Shown: positions 1-12,011 of the stretch, in pieces
Layout of the letters: the number at the start of each line of letters is the position of its first letter
Numbering within the stretch: the stretch's first letter is position 1
From: Octopus bimaculoides
Taxonomy: Eukaryota
Assembly (NCBI RefSeq): GCF_001194135.2
Contig: NC_069001.1
Location: forward strand, 16,515,889 to 16,571,607
Direction of reading: 5' to 3'
Length of the DNA stretch: 55,719 nt
Notes under the pieces: generated by a model
What the model was told of the DNA's origin: nothing
The model's input: only the letters and a program-made list of their open reading frames with translations
Databases searched by the model: none
Translations under genes and position numbers: made by a program

Positions 1-221
1 AGACAACCAGAGTAAGTACCAGACTTAAAAAAATAAGGGAACAAAATTTGTTTAGGGGGTGCAAACCCAGTTTTTCAGGATGGATGTTCAAAGCACACCA
101 AAAATGTTAGGGGATGCACTTGGTACTCCTGCACCCCTGTTCCCAAGCCTATGGTCCCAGTATGGCCACAGTCCTAAGACTGAAACAATTAAAAGGTAAA
201 TGATAAAAGAAACCAACTTAC

Positions 222-287
222 AGATATTTCTTTGTTACTCTTACAATCAAAGATACAGAGAACCAGTGATTTTCCTCATTAAGATAC
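222..287 (-). CDS. Candidate internal exon of an unidentified minus-strand gene (YLNEENHWFSVSLIVRVTKKYL)
   Basis: Minus strand ctccag|G TAT CTT AAT ... AAA TAT CT|gtaagt. Perfect donor; only one frame is open (phase 2 in and out). In-frame alternative acceptors lie 12, 15 and 18 nt upstream (exon start up to 305). No homology recognised. Confidence 0.45.
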
Positions 288-584
288 CTGGAGCCAGTGC
301 TGCTACTGTCCGGGACAGTGGTTTGGGAAAATCATAAGAGTACTGGACATAATGTATTGTAGTATTTTTGTGGTTCTTTACATTCTGAGTTCAAATCCTG
401 CTGAGGTTAATTAAAGTGATTCAAGCTCCCTCCTTCCCCCCACAATTTGCAACATTGTGCCAATGTTAAATTATTATTTTCATGGGGTTGAAACCTTGCC
501 AGGTCTTAGTTTGCATCTTTCAAGCTTTGATAATTAACTGTTAATTAATTTTGGTCAGTATAACAACCACTGTGTCCCTTTTAC

Positions 585-608
585 CTATGTTGAAGGAGGT
601 ATGTGTAC
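585..608 (-). CDS. Candidate 24-nt microexon (YTYLLQH) of the same gene
   Basis: Minus strand ccccttgttacacag|GTACACATACCTCCTTCAACATAG|gtaaaa. Phase 2/2, compatible with the exons at 222-287 and 1736-1797. Confidence 0.45.
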   Translation of the reverse strand, partial: VHIPPST

Positions 609-627
609 CTGTGTAACAAGGGGTTGT

Positions 628-1095
628 TATTATTGAGTAAGAGCAGCACATGCCATCAAAGTGACACCAGGGTGCAAATATACAAAGCCCAATATACCCA
701 GCATAACTACATGTCTACACTGGGAATGTGCATCACAACCATGTGTGTGACTTGGTGATCTCATATCAAGATAAGCAGCACATAACCTTGCAAGTGGGGT
801 CTGGTTAGAATTTTCTTCAGGTTGAGTAGCCCATTCTGCTCAAAAGGTCCCTGAATAAGGTTTAAGGATGAACAAAACACTCGAGTAGCCCATCTTGCTC
901 AAGAGGTCCCTGAATAAAGGTTGTTTAAGGATGATGAACGAAACACTCGTGTTTCCAGGAATGATTTCTTCAAACCCCAAAGAATTCCTCTCAAGACATG
1001 GCTATGATGCTCCCCATTACTCTTGCTTGTGATCAGAGATGCATCAGCCACTAATGGACATGACATGCTCAACTGGTGAAGGTCAAACAAATTTA
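628..1095. mobile_element. Unclassified interspersed repeat with internal ~60-bp tandem duplication
   Basis: An inverted homologous copy lies at ~41225-41770. gagtagccca...aaaacactc is duplicated at 824-882 and 883-948. Flanked by (TTA)n. Confidence 0.7.
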
Positions 1096-1735
1096 TTGTA
1101 TTATTATTAAGGTTAGCACATGCAAAACAAAATGCTTATTAGCATTTGTTCTGGCTCTATATTTCTAGTTCCAATTTCATCAAATTCCACTTTGCCTTTC
1201 ATAATTTCAGGCCTAGAAAACTAATACCAGTTGAACACTGGGTGGGGTTGAAGTAATTGTCTAGCCCTACAGTAGGAAGGATTATTATTATTATTATTAA
1301 GGCAGCTGATGAAATGCTAAGTGGCGTTTTTATGTTCTATGTTCAAATGCCACCAAGGTTAACTTTGCCTTTCATCCTTTCAAGGTTAATAAAATAAGTA
1401 CCGGTCACACATTGGGTTTGATGTAATAAACTAGCACCCACCTCTAGGTTTCATTTTTTTGCCTATTAGTAGAAACAATTATTAGTGTAAAAGTATCATG
1501 AGGTTTATATTTTGGCTCTTTGTGTGTTCTGAGTACAAATGCTATTATGGTTAACTTTCAAGATCAATTAAAAGACCAGCCAAGTACTGGGGATGGAGTT
1601 CAATCTAATTAACCCCGATTATCCCACCCCACATGTTAGAAGTTATTCATATGAAAAGTTATTACAATAGTGTTAAAAAAGCATATATCTGACAGAATCA
1701 ATAGATCAATAAATAAAATTGAGACATTTAGTTAC

Positions 1736-1797
1736 CCAGGATCTTCCCCACTTCTTGTAAAATGGAGGTGTTGTCTTCCTGAAAATTTTGCCATCAT
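1736..1797 (-). CDS. Candidate first coding exon (MMAKFSGRQHLHFTRSGEDPG)
   Basis: In-frame TAG immediately before ATG ATG GCA; ends CCT GG|gtaact (phase 2). Splicing the three exons gives an open frame, MMAKFSGRQHLHFTRSGEDPGYTYLLQHRYLNEENHWFSVSLIVRVTKKYL. Confidence 0.4.
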
Positions 1798-2406
1798 CTA
1801 GAGTCCTGTGATGCCAAAGATGTTTTCTCAAAGACTTCCAAGTCTTGTACAGGGAGGTGTTTGGGAGAAATTGGGCTTGTATCCCTAAATTCTAGATGTT
1901 GAGGAATACAACAACGCTTTTGTAAGATGGAAGATCCCTTTCTATTCCGATATCTTCTAATTTCAAAGTCCACTGTTATGGGTGGCTGTGGGTGGAAGTT
2001 TCAACTTTGCCATTGTTCATATTGATAAAAATTATTAACCAGTCAATTGACTGGAGTTTGATTAAATTGATCCCCCCCCCCCACACACACACACGTCCGC
2101 TTTCCTCTGCCTATTATATGTGGTGTTGTGCCTCTTACAGAAATTTCCATTATTGGTATTTTTTATCTTATGCTTTGATTCATANNNNNNNNNNNNNNNN
2201 NNNNNNNNNNNNNNNNNNNNNNNNNNNNNNNNNNNNNNNNNNNNNNNNNNNNNNNNNNNNNNNNNNNNNNNNNNNNNNNNNNNNNNNNNNNNNNNNNNNN
2301 NNNNNNNNNNNNNNNNNNNNNNNNNNNNNNNNNNNNNNNNNNNNNNNNNNNNNNNNNNNNNNNNNNNNNNNNNNNNNATAGAATGTTTTTGTTTGTTCTT
2401 TCTCTT

Positions 2407-2465
<59 letters not shown>

Positions 2466-2557
2466 CTCTGTTTTAAATAAATTTCAGATATTATATTCTG
2501 AAAAAAAAAAAGAAAAGAATTGTGTGTGCACTGGACAGAGAAACTTCGTACCCAAAT

Positions 2558-2786
2558 TTAACCCTTTAGCATACAGATTGCTCTGTCAAATGTTATGCTT
2601 ATTTATTCACATTGTTTTGAATGAATCCTGCATTATCTTGTGGCTTTGAGATTTCGATTATAGGATTGTCTACTTTTAGTATGACATTGTAGGGAAGATG
2701 TGAGAGCCTTGTATTTGGCCAGTTTGAACAAAAAACAAATAGATCATTTTGGCAGGATATGGCCGGTTTAAATGCTAATGGGTTAA
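2558..2786. mobile_element. piggyBac-type MITE (~225 bp)
   Basis: TTAA|CCCTTTAGCAT ... ATGCTAATGGG|TTAA: TTAA TSD and CCC/GGG termini. Related copies at 8440-8666, ~8803-9023, 14015-14242, 25012-~25192, 28349-~28563, 45699-45912. Confidence 0.8.
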
Positions 2787-3434
2787 GTGGGATTTTGAAA
2801 AGATGTGTCAGAAAACACAAATAAAAGCAGTTTCCAACTCTCTCTCACACACACATGAAATTCTGTTAAAATGAAATTAGTGGAATATAAAAAAATTATT
2901 AATGTTCAAAGACACTCTGTTCTTTGCTCTTGTGAGCTAAATCTATACAAATTTCAACAGTTGCATCAGCCAGGGATCCGTTAAATATATCAAACACTAA
3001 TTAATATGAAAGTGTCTCAACTGTGACCATTAGTTGAATGAAGTAACCATCTCATCTTTTTTTATGAATTCGGAGTTTTTTTTTTCTTCACACTTTAGTA
3101 AGAATGAAAATGTTCCGATTGAGGTTATCCTATCGGTTTTCATTTTATGTTTAGATTTCTGTACAAGTAAGAAAAAACAACACAACAAAAAAAAAATAGA
3201 ACACTACAAAGAATCACCTCCAAATGAGTTTATTTCACTGTACATTATGACAACCTCCTGGCAGTTGTATAACAGGGGTCATAATGCCTTGGTTTTGGAT
3301 TAGGAACAACTACAAAAAACATTTCTATTTGGAAGGTGCCCTGTTATTTAGAATCAACTTAGGCCTTGGGCATTCTGAGACATGGTGACACAAGTATTTC
3401 AGTTGCACATAAATTTTATAATTTTATCCATCGA

Positions 3435-3650
3435 TGCTGGTGGATTGGCAGAATCGATTAGAGCTTTGCAAAAAATGCTTAGCAGTCTTTTCTCGTGGAT
3501 CTTTGTGTTTTGAATTCAAATCCTGCCAAAGCCAATTTTGCGTTTTTTATCTCCCCAGGGTCAATAAAGAACCAGTGAAGTACTAGAGTCAATGTAATTG
3601 GTTGCTCTCCTCCCCTAGAATTCAGTCCCGCTTCTGCAACAAACAATTAT
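3435..3650 (+). mobile_element. tRNA-derived SINE family A (core ...gaggtcgactttgcctttcatcc...gataaa..taagtaccag), degraded copy
   Basis: Homologous to the TSD-flanked copies at 32713-32949 and 44977-45213. Further copies at ~313-420, ~1300-1450, ~9419-9570, ~23912-24135, ~40150-40345, ~40400-40615, ~46190-46415, ~51010-51190. Confidence 0.7.
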
Positions 3651-4329
3651 TTTTAATCATATGGATTTAATTATTTTGTCATTAATTAGATTAAATTTTT
3701 TTTTTAATTTGGATTTATAGTATCTATTTGAATTTCAGACTAGAAGGGATGGTAACGGTTGGAATGCTTTCACTCTTACTAATTAAAAAAAAAAAAAAGA
3801 GTAAAATCTCTGAATCCATAACAAACAAGATAGTCAAATCTGGACTACTCTTTGTTCTAAGGTAGAGGAAAGGCCCCAGTGTTAATAGTCAGAATGTTTT
3901 AATAAATTTGTGATTTGTTTATTGATCTAAGCTTTGAAATTTGCATATTTTCCATTCATGTTTGAAGAGCCAAGAGAATTGGGTAAATTTGGTTTGGTTT
4001 TGAGAAATTTCTGTTTCAGTCTATAAAGAATCTTAATGAAATAACTTTATATTTGGTGCCGTCCTTTGATACAAGTGTGTGTGTGTGTGTATACATACAT
4101 AGCGTTCCTTGCCATAGTTGATATATTTGTCACCTGTGGGTCTGATTTGACAAGACTGTCACCTCAAAAATTATAAATACATGTGTGTGTGTGTATATAT
4201 ATATATATATGCTCAAAGTTTTTTTATGGGAAACATTTCGAATATGCATATAAAAGCTCCTATTCTGTTATGCTGGCTTCAACCTAATGATGCCAGCTGG
4301 CAATGCCAGTTTTTTGATGTAGGATAAAT

Positions 4330-4612
4330 ATAGTAATAATAATAATAATTATCCTTGGATGGACTTTATAAATATTTTAATGCATTACTACTTGTGTTTC
4401 GACAAGTCACATGTTTTGTAAGATCATAGTCCATATTCCTGGAATGATTACAATGCAGTCTGTAGTATCCATGGCCATCAGATAGATCATGTTCATGCCC
4501 TGGTATCATCCCAGGAAAGTGAACTATAATCTTAAGAGATGTGATTTGTGGAAATGCACAGTGATGCATTAAAATATAAATTCCATCTAAGGATTATTAT
4601 TATTATTACTAT
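4330..4612. mobile_element. Fold-back (imperfect palindromic) element, ~280 bp
   Basis: Left arm tagtaataataataataattatccttggatggacttt...ttcctggaatgat aligns with the reverse complement of the right arm (tagtaataataataataatccttagatggaattt...ttcctgggatgat). Centre near 4470. Confidence 0.75.
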
Positions 4613-5084
4613 GTATATAAAAAATCAGCTAAAGAGTAACCTCTCAGTAGTCAATATAGTTCTCAATACTTTTGAGCAAACAGCCTTGGAATGAACAAAA
4701 AGGAGATCACTGTGTCAAAATGGTATAAGAGACTTTAATTTCAGCCAGCATTAACAGGCTAAGAGGTGCAAGACAAAGGAGAAAAGTGTCTGCAGATATA
4801 CCACCTGCATTGACCCATAATCCTCAAACTTGCAACATCTACAGGTTTCTTTGCAAATTGGTGGGACACATTTGACATAAGCATTATGACTGACAAAGAA
4901 AGTGTAGGTTGTTGGAATCTCATACTACAAAACCAATGAGAGAATTCATCATATATATATATATATATATGTGTGTGTATTTATATTGTTGCAAATATTT
5001 TGCCGGTTGAGGGGTTTCAGTGTACTAAAATATTTGTTAGTCTAACAGAACTTAAGCTTTATTTCAACTGTATGATGACTACAG

Positions 5085-5467
5085 GTGGAGGCGCAATGGC
5101 CCAGTGGTTAGGGCAGTGGACTCGTGGTCATAGGATCGCGGATTCGATTCTCAGACCGGGCGTTGTGAGTGTTTATTGAGCGAAAACACCTAAAAGCTCC
5201 ATGAGGCTCCGGCAGGGGATGGTGGCGAACCCTGCTGTACTCTTTCACCACAACTCTCACTCTTACTTCCTGTTTCTGTTGTGCTGTAATTCAAAGGGCC
5301 AGCCTTGTCACACTGTGCCACGCTGAATATCCCCGAGAACTACGTTAAAGGTTCACATGTCTGTGGAGTGCTCAGCCACTTGCACATTAATTTCACGAGC
5401 AGGCTGTTTCGTTGATCGGATCAACTGGAACCCTCGACGTCGTAAGCGACGGAGTGCCAACAACAAC
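5085..5467 (+). mobile_element. Full-length tRNA-derived SINE family B
   Basis: A-box-like TGGCCCAGTGG, B-box-like GATTCGATTC, (AAC)n tail, perfect 11-bp TSD GATGACTACAG (5074-5084 and 5468-5478). Related copies at ~12011-12175 and ~39231-39548. Confidence 0.85.
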
Positions 5468-6779
5468 GATGACTACAGATTGAATTAAATGCTGGGATTA
5501 GGAAGGACATTCCAGCCATGGAAATCATACCAAATCAGACTGGAGCCTGGTGCAACTCACCAGCTCTGGTCAAATCATCCACCCATGCCAATGGTGGTGT
5601 TTATATTGGAAGTGTTACATGAGCAGCCAGTTTTGAAGAGCAGTGGCTATTGTGGCAGGAGAGATATCAGAGAGAGAGGACACAGTAGGTTTATGTGCTA
5701 ATGATTGGAATATGTTGATGAATGGCTTTGATGTGTTTTGATTATAAACCAACTTGGTTTTCAGCAACCTCGTCTGTCACCATTTTGGTCAGCTGATCCA
5801 TCTGTGTTTGTATTGTTCAGGAGTTGCCTTGAAGTTTCTGTCAGTTTATTCCATGGCTCTTCGTTAATAGTTTTCAGGAAGACATTTCTTTGCTGCATGA
5901 TGTCTGTGTATATCATACATGGCAATAGAAAAATCTTCCTCAGTAAGTTTCCACCTAACCCATGCCAGCAAGTAATAATGGATGTGGGAAAGATGATATG
6001 TCTGAAGTTCATTGTTTCTCGTGTGGATTTCAGGTGATAAGTTTTGAGTTCAGCTTTTTGTCACCTGTCTCTATGATGTAATTATATATACATATCATTA
6101 TCATAAAAGAGGTATCAAATGTATGTATATAAATATTTTGTTTAAAATGAATACAAACTAGTTAGAAGTTTTGGTGAGTTATATTTGCTGAGTAAGTTCA
6201 TAGAACAAAGACTGGGAAGTTTACCATATTTTTAGTTCCATGTTACACATATTTCATTATTATTGTGTTCCTTTAACGTCCGTTTTTCCATGCTGGCATG
6301 GGTGGATGATTTGACCAGAGCTGGTGAGCTGCACCAGACTCCAGTCTGATTTGGTATGGTTTCCATGGCTGGATGTCCTTCTTAATCCCAACCATTTTAC
6401 AGTGTGTGCTGGGTGCTTTTAACATAGCACTGCGTGAGCACTTTTTATGCAGCACTGGCACAGGTCTCTTGCAGGCCAATCCTCTTCAACAGACAGAGTA
6501 GCATTAACACTTCTGCTGTGGAGGACAGGTCTTCCTGAGTACAGTAAGGTGCCAATTATCTTGGGCTTTTGTCATCTCATCTGAAACGTTCAGCATCTTG
6601 AGATCGTCCTTCAGTATTTCATTCCATGTCTTCCTGGATCTCGCTCTTCCATAAGTTCCATCCATTTTAAGAGATTGGTGCTTTGCTATAGATCTGTCAG
6701 CATCCATACACACACACACACACACACACATTTATATCAGCATTATAGAGATACACAAAGACGCGTGTGTCATCCTTTT

Positions 6780-7194
6780 ACATCTATTTTTCCATATTGG
6801 CATAGGTTGGAGGAGTATCAGTTTTTCCTTTATAGTTTTGTCCTTAACATTGTGAAACGCATTTTGAAGCATTTCAGGAGTTATCTCCTGTACTGCTAAC
6901 TGAATGCATTCTTCAAGTTCAGCTAAACTATTACTCCATCCTGAGGATGGAGGTAGAGAAAGTAATTTCAGCCAAATTGAAAAAAAACTGTTGTGGAAGA
7001 AGGATAAGAGAGATCCAACAGGAATGAAAAGAAAATTATAAAAAATTATAAAATTACAAAAAATTATAAACAAAATTAAAAATTTATACACTTTTAACAC
7101 ATATTTAACATGATAAGCATAAATCAAAGTCAGTTTTTTAAAAAAAATAGTCCGATTTCACTGAAATAGATAGTTAATTCTAGGACACCCTGTA
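6780..7194 (-). mobile_element. Tc1/mariner transposase relic with one TIR
   Basis: The minus frame contains SLAELEECIQLAVQEITPEMLQNAFHNV, resembling a Tc1/mariner C-terminus. Terminal TA|CAGGGTGTCC (ggacaccctg at 7183-7192, TA at 7193-7194). Partner TIR not found. Confidence 0.6.
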
Positions 7195-7252
7195 TATATA
7201 TATATATCTATTGTATTTTGGGATGGTCATCCCCCCCCCCCNNNNNNNNNNA

Positions 7253-7549
7253 ATAAACACACACACTGTATATTCGTTCTTCACTCATTTATTACTATTC
7301 TTATTTTAATTCATGTCCATTGTCCGGAAATCTTTCGTCACTCATCTGTGACCTCTTCAGTGACATTTTTTTGTTCTTGTGTGTGTTCCATTCTGAACAG
7401 AATGAACTAAGTGGAGCAGATGCACACACGAGGACGGAATGTGTCTCAGGTTGCAGATGTGTGACAAAAGATTTCTGGACAATCGACACGAGTTAAAATA
7501 AGCACAGTAATAAATGAGTTAAGAATGAATATATAGTGTATGTGTTTAT
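7253..7549. mobile_element. Second fold-back palindromic element, ~300 bp
   Basis: ataaacacacacactgtatattcgttctt...gtcactcatctg pairs with cagatgtgtgac...aagaatgaatatatagtgtatgtgtttat. Palindromic centre cattctg-aa-cagaatg at 7389-7404. The left flank is a gap. Confidence 0.75.
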
Positions 7550-10430
7550 ATGGCAAAAAAAAAAAGAAAAAAAACAACCATCTCAAAATATAACAATATC
7601 TGTTTTACTACCTGGTTTCACATCAGAAATCTTAAAAAAATGTTTTTTTCCCTACTCTTGAGTTCAAGACAAACAAGATCAAATCCTATTTTAGCATATT
7701 TTTTTTTCTTCTTTATCTTCACACTGTAAAGTGGTTGGTGTTAGGAAGGGCATCCAACCATAGAAACTAAGCTAAATCAAACTGGAACTTGGTGCAGCTC
7801 AGTTAAACCATCCAAATCTTGCCAGCATGGAAAACAGATGTTAAAGGATAATGATATATATCTGTAGTTGAAAATCTTACTTCCCAATCATGTGGTCTTG
7901 AGTTTAGTCCCACTGTACAGCATTTGGGAAAGTGCCTTCTACTACAGCCCTGGAGTGACCTAACCATGTGAGTTGTGAATGAGCCTCACCCTCATACAAG
8001 CGAGGTTGTTTCCAATTTTCCATGAAAACATGCCTGGCCATGGAGAAATATTACCTTACCTGAAAACAGACGAATGTTGGCAACAAAAAAGGGCATCAGG
8101 CTGTAGAAAAAGAACTCCATCTGATCCATGTTAGTGTGGGAAAAGTGGACATTAAATAGTGAGGGTGATGATGAATGTAGTGGTTTGGTTGACTTCAAAG
8201 TATTGCTCCAGCATGTCCATTGGCTGAAACAAAAAACAACAACAAAAACATGTTAGATATTGTTGGTGTTTAAACCCAGCTGATACTTATGATCAAAGAT
8301 ATTCCAGAGGTGAACATTCCATCTGTAGAGATATGTAATAGCCCTACATTATCTAATGTGTCCCTTTATTGATTAAATGTATGAGATGAGTTATTGTGTG
8401 AAAGAAATGGTTTTGTGAGACCAGTGAGTGTGATGTTGCTTAACCTTTTAGCCTATAAATTACTCTGTCAAATGTGATGCTTATTTCTTCACGTTGTTTT
8501 GAATTTATCATGTATTAACATGTTGCTTTGAGATTTTGATGATGTGATTGTTTACTTTGGAATGACTTTGAAGTGTAGATGTGAAAGGCTAACCCTGGCT
8601 AGTTTGAACCTAAAACTGATAGAATATTCAGGCCTGATATGGCTGGCTCAAATGCTAAAGGGTTAAACTTTTGAAGGGAGAAGATTCCAGAGGGATTATG
8701 TTCTGGTTAGGAGAGACTTAACATAGTGAGTGGAGGAGATAAGAGACCATCCAGCTCTGAGCAACAAAGGCTATTAGAGTAGCTGCAGAAAGGGCAAAGA
8801 GATTACAGCATTTAAACTGGCCATATCTGGCCCAGATATACTCCCTGTTTTATGTTCAAACTGACTTGAACTGTCCTCTCACACCTACCCTACAATGTTA
8901 TTCCAAAATTATATAACCACATCATTGAAATCTCAAAGCTATGAGATAATGCAGGATTAATTCAAAATGATATGAATAAAAAGCATTATATTTGACAAAG
9001 TATTCTGAATGTTAAAGGGTTAATACCAATAAGTTAACTGGCCCTTCACTGGATATGGTTAAAAAACTTAAATATTCTCCTTTTATATGGCAAGGTATTA
9101 TTTGTTTGTTTTAGTCTAAGGTAGAGTCAAGTCTGCGAAATGACCAAGTGGTGGGGTTAAACCAAAGGACCAGCCTCTCACCTTAAAACTAGCCATGACG
9201 GTCTCCTCAGTAGCCTTCTGCAAAGTTTATGGCTACCCAATTTTACTGTCAGCTGACTGAGACTATGGTAAGCGGCACTTACTGGGATGGAACCTGAAAC
9301 CATGTTGTTAATTGCAAAGCAAACTTCTTACATAGCCATGCCTGCTTTCATATTATTGGTTGCCATGTCCATGTATGAGTCACTGGGACAATGAAAGACC
9401 TCCTGCCAGACATACTGGTTTCAGATTTTGGCACCAGGCCAGCAATTTCAGGGAAAGTATAAGTTGATTACATCAACCCGTGTTCAACTGGTACTTATTT
9501 TATTGATCCCCATCAGGATAGAAGGCAAAGTCGAGCTTGGCTGAATTTCAACTCAGAATGTAAAGACAGATGAAACCTCCTGCCAGACATATCAATCATA
9601 GCATCAAATATGTATGTGTATGAACCCATGCAGTTGGCAAGTGACATCCAAGACATTGGAAAAGGCCACTCGGATGACCTCCATGATGATCGAAAAACTA
9701 TTTAGTTAAATGATTTGAGTCAAAATGGGAAAGAAGGGCACAATCAAAAAACATTTGGAAACACATTCTGACCAAGAGTGTATAACATTTGATAGTCTGG
9801 TTGATACAGTGATATATATTTATATCAACAGAAAAGAAACAGTAAAGAAAAAAAAGGTCTGAAATATTTCTTTTTTTTTTTTTCATTTTGTTTCTTATTT
9901 CAATGTAAATAATTTCAGAAATAATTTCACTTTGACATCAAGAGATCTTAGAAAATAAACTATTGTTGTTCTCATTTCACCGGTCTCAATACATGTGTGT
10001 GTGTGTATACATATAAATGCATACATACATACACGTGTGTGTGTGTGTGTGCTTGTGTATGTATATATATATATATATATATATATCTATATATATTACA
10101 CACACACACATACAAACACACTGGAAGCAATGTTCTTTGTTCCCTAGATTTTTCTTGCTGACTGTTTTTCCTTTGTTTTGTCTGAGAGTGCTTCAAGTGT
10201 TACTTCAACAAAATACATCTTGACTTTCTTGTTGTTGGCACAAGTGGACAAGACTATGGTGGTCAGTGAATATGAGAGAACAAGGGAAGGGGTGGGAGGA
10301 GCAGGAAGAATATCTATTGAAATGGTACCCCCATCACCACCACTACAACCATTGGAAACAAGGACACTTGCTATTCTGATTTCATTCTTTGCTAATTGCT
10401 TTCTCTATTTTGTCTTTTTAACATTTCATT

Positions 10431-10651
10431 TACGATGGGGTGCTGAAAAGTTCCTTGCTTTGGATAAAATAAAATACATGAGGACCACTTAATTATGATT
10501 TTGTTCAACATATTCCCCTCTCAGATTCACACACTTATTGAAGTGGTCCTTCAGTTTTTCTAAGCCCTGTAAAAGAACTTGGAGGGTTGGGCCTCCAACC
10601 AAGCCTTTCATGATACCCTTAAAGATAGAAACTTTTTAGCACCCCATCGTA
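10431..10651 (-). mobile_element. Mariner-derived MITE
   Basis: TA|CGATGGGGTGCTGAAAAGTTC ... GAAACTTTTTAGCACCCCATCG|TA. The interior carries the transposase 3' end ([19 protein letters not shown]). Other copies at 30989-31210 and 50655-50821. Confidence 0.85.
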
Positions 10652-11348
10652 CAATACCATTCTTGGCGTTGGTGGATTGCAAAAACTGATAGAGCATCGG
10701 GCCAACCACTTCTTCACATTCTTAGTTATACAATACCACAGGAATCAGAAGAATATAAGTACCAGTGATATACTTAGGGTTCAATAGATTCAACAGCTTC
10801 TACTATGCCAGTGATATTAACCAATGGATGTTACCATTCTGTGTTTAAGATAGATTATTAGAGGATAGATTATAATTGTTATCTTCTTTCATCCTTTACT
10901 TGTTTCAGTGGCCATGCTGGGGCTCCACCTAGCAAGGTTTCTTAATCAAACAAATTGACCCCAGGACTCATTTTTTTTAAGACTGGTACTTATTGTATTG
11001 ATCTCTTCTGCCAAACTGCTAAATTATGGGGCTATAAACAGACCAGCAACACAAAGAGACAGAGATAGATAGATAGATAGATAGATACATACATGCATAC
11101 ATACATAGGTACATACATACATACATACATACATAGGTACATACATACATACAAACAAAAGAAAAAATAGGATTAAAACATCCTGGCAGATATCAAATAA
11201 GCACTCAGTATAAAGGCATAAGGTTAAATTTCTAACAAGTAGACTCCAGTAAATGTATGTAGAATATGAATCCCAGGTAAATCCTCGTGTATGGCAGGTA
11301 AATCCAACAGTCCTTATGCAGAATTTTAAGAAATTCAGAGTATTTAAC

Positions 11349-11952
11349 AACAATCAATAATATGTATGAAGAAAATCATATCTTTATTTTAGATGATACC
11401 TTAAAAACCCCAAAATTGTATTAATATATACATACATATATATATTCATACACACACACACACACACAATATTCATCATCATTATCATCGTTTAACGTCC
11501 GCTTTCCATGCTAGCATGGGTTGGACGATTTGACTGAGGACTGGCGAACTAGATGGTTACACCAGGCTCCAATCTGAATATTATTGAAATTAATAATAAT
11601 ATGTACGAAAATTTATGTCAATACAACATTATTAAGGTAATCCATATTAGTGAAATTTTAACTTAACATCTGAAAACATTTTAGCTGTTCATGAATGCTA
11701 ACCAAAAAAACGCCTAACCAAATTTAACTTAAGACATTCATTCTTTCAACCAAGAGAGATATCATCAATTTTAGTAGATAAATATATTCGCTTTCTATGT
11801 TAGCTTTTTCTTATTTTTTAATTTTGATGTAGATTTCAAAGTGTCAAAAAATATGGAATTTATATGGTAATTTTTATATTTTGTTTATATAAGTTAAATT
11901 AGTTATTCAATGATGTCGCTAAGATATGATTTTCTTCATACATATTTTTGAT

Positions 11953-11956
<4 letters not shown>
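11349..11956. mobile_element. TIR element (~600 bp) with nested microsatellite and short RTE 3' fragment
   Basis: 36-bp inverted repeats at 11349-11384 and 11921-11956 (aacaatcaa.aatatgtatgaagaaaatcatatctt, one mismatch). RTE tail at ~11480-11580 inside. Confidence 0.6.

Positions 11957-12011
<55 letters not shown>

Noticed and set aside
1736-1891. Alternative 156-nt exon reading (NLGIQAQF...FYKKWGRSW)
   Set aside because: Open and protein-like, but it ends in phase 0, incompatible with the phase-2 downstream exons. Not excluded if an exon was missed.
4366-4587. Minus ORF DGIYILMHHCAFPQ...ALKYL* with an apparent acceptor
   Set aside because: It lies wholly within the fold-back element, and the same peptide pattern appears on the plus strand.
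5085-5170. tRNA genes at SINE heads
   Set aside because: A and B boxes are present, but there is no cloverleaf, acceptor stem or poly-T terminator, and they continue into SINE bodies.
5769-5903. Possible 135-nt minus exon (IMQQRNVFLKTINEEPWNKL...GDRR) overlapping a plus ORF at 5738-6037
   Set aside because: Weak donor (GTTGCT), no recognised homology and no phase link to other exons. Left unresolved.
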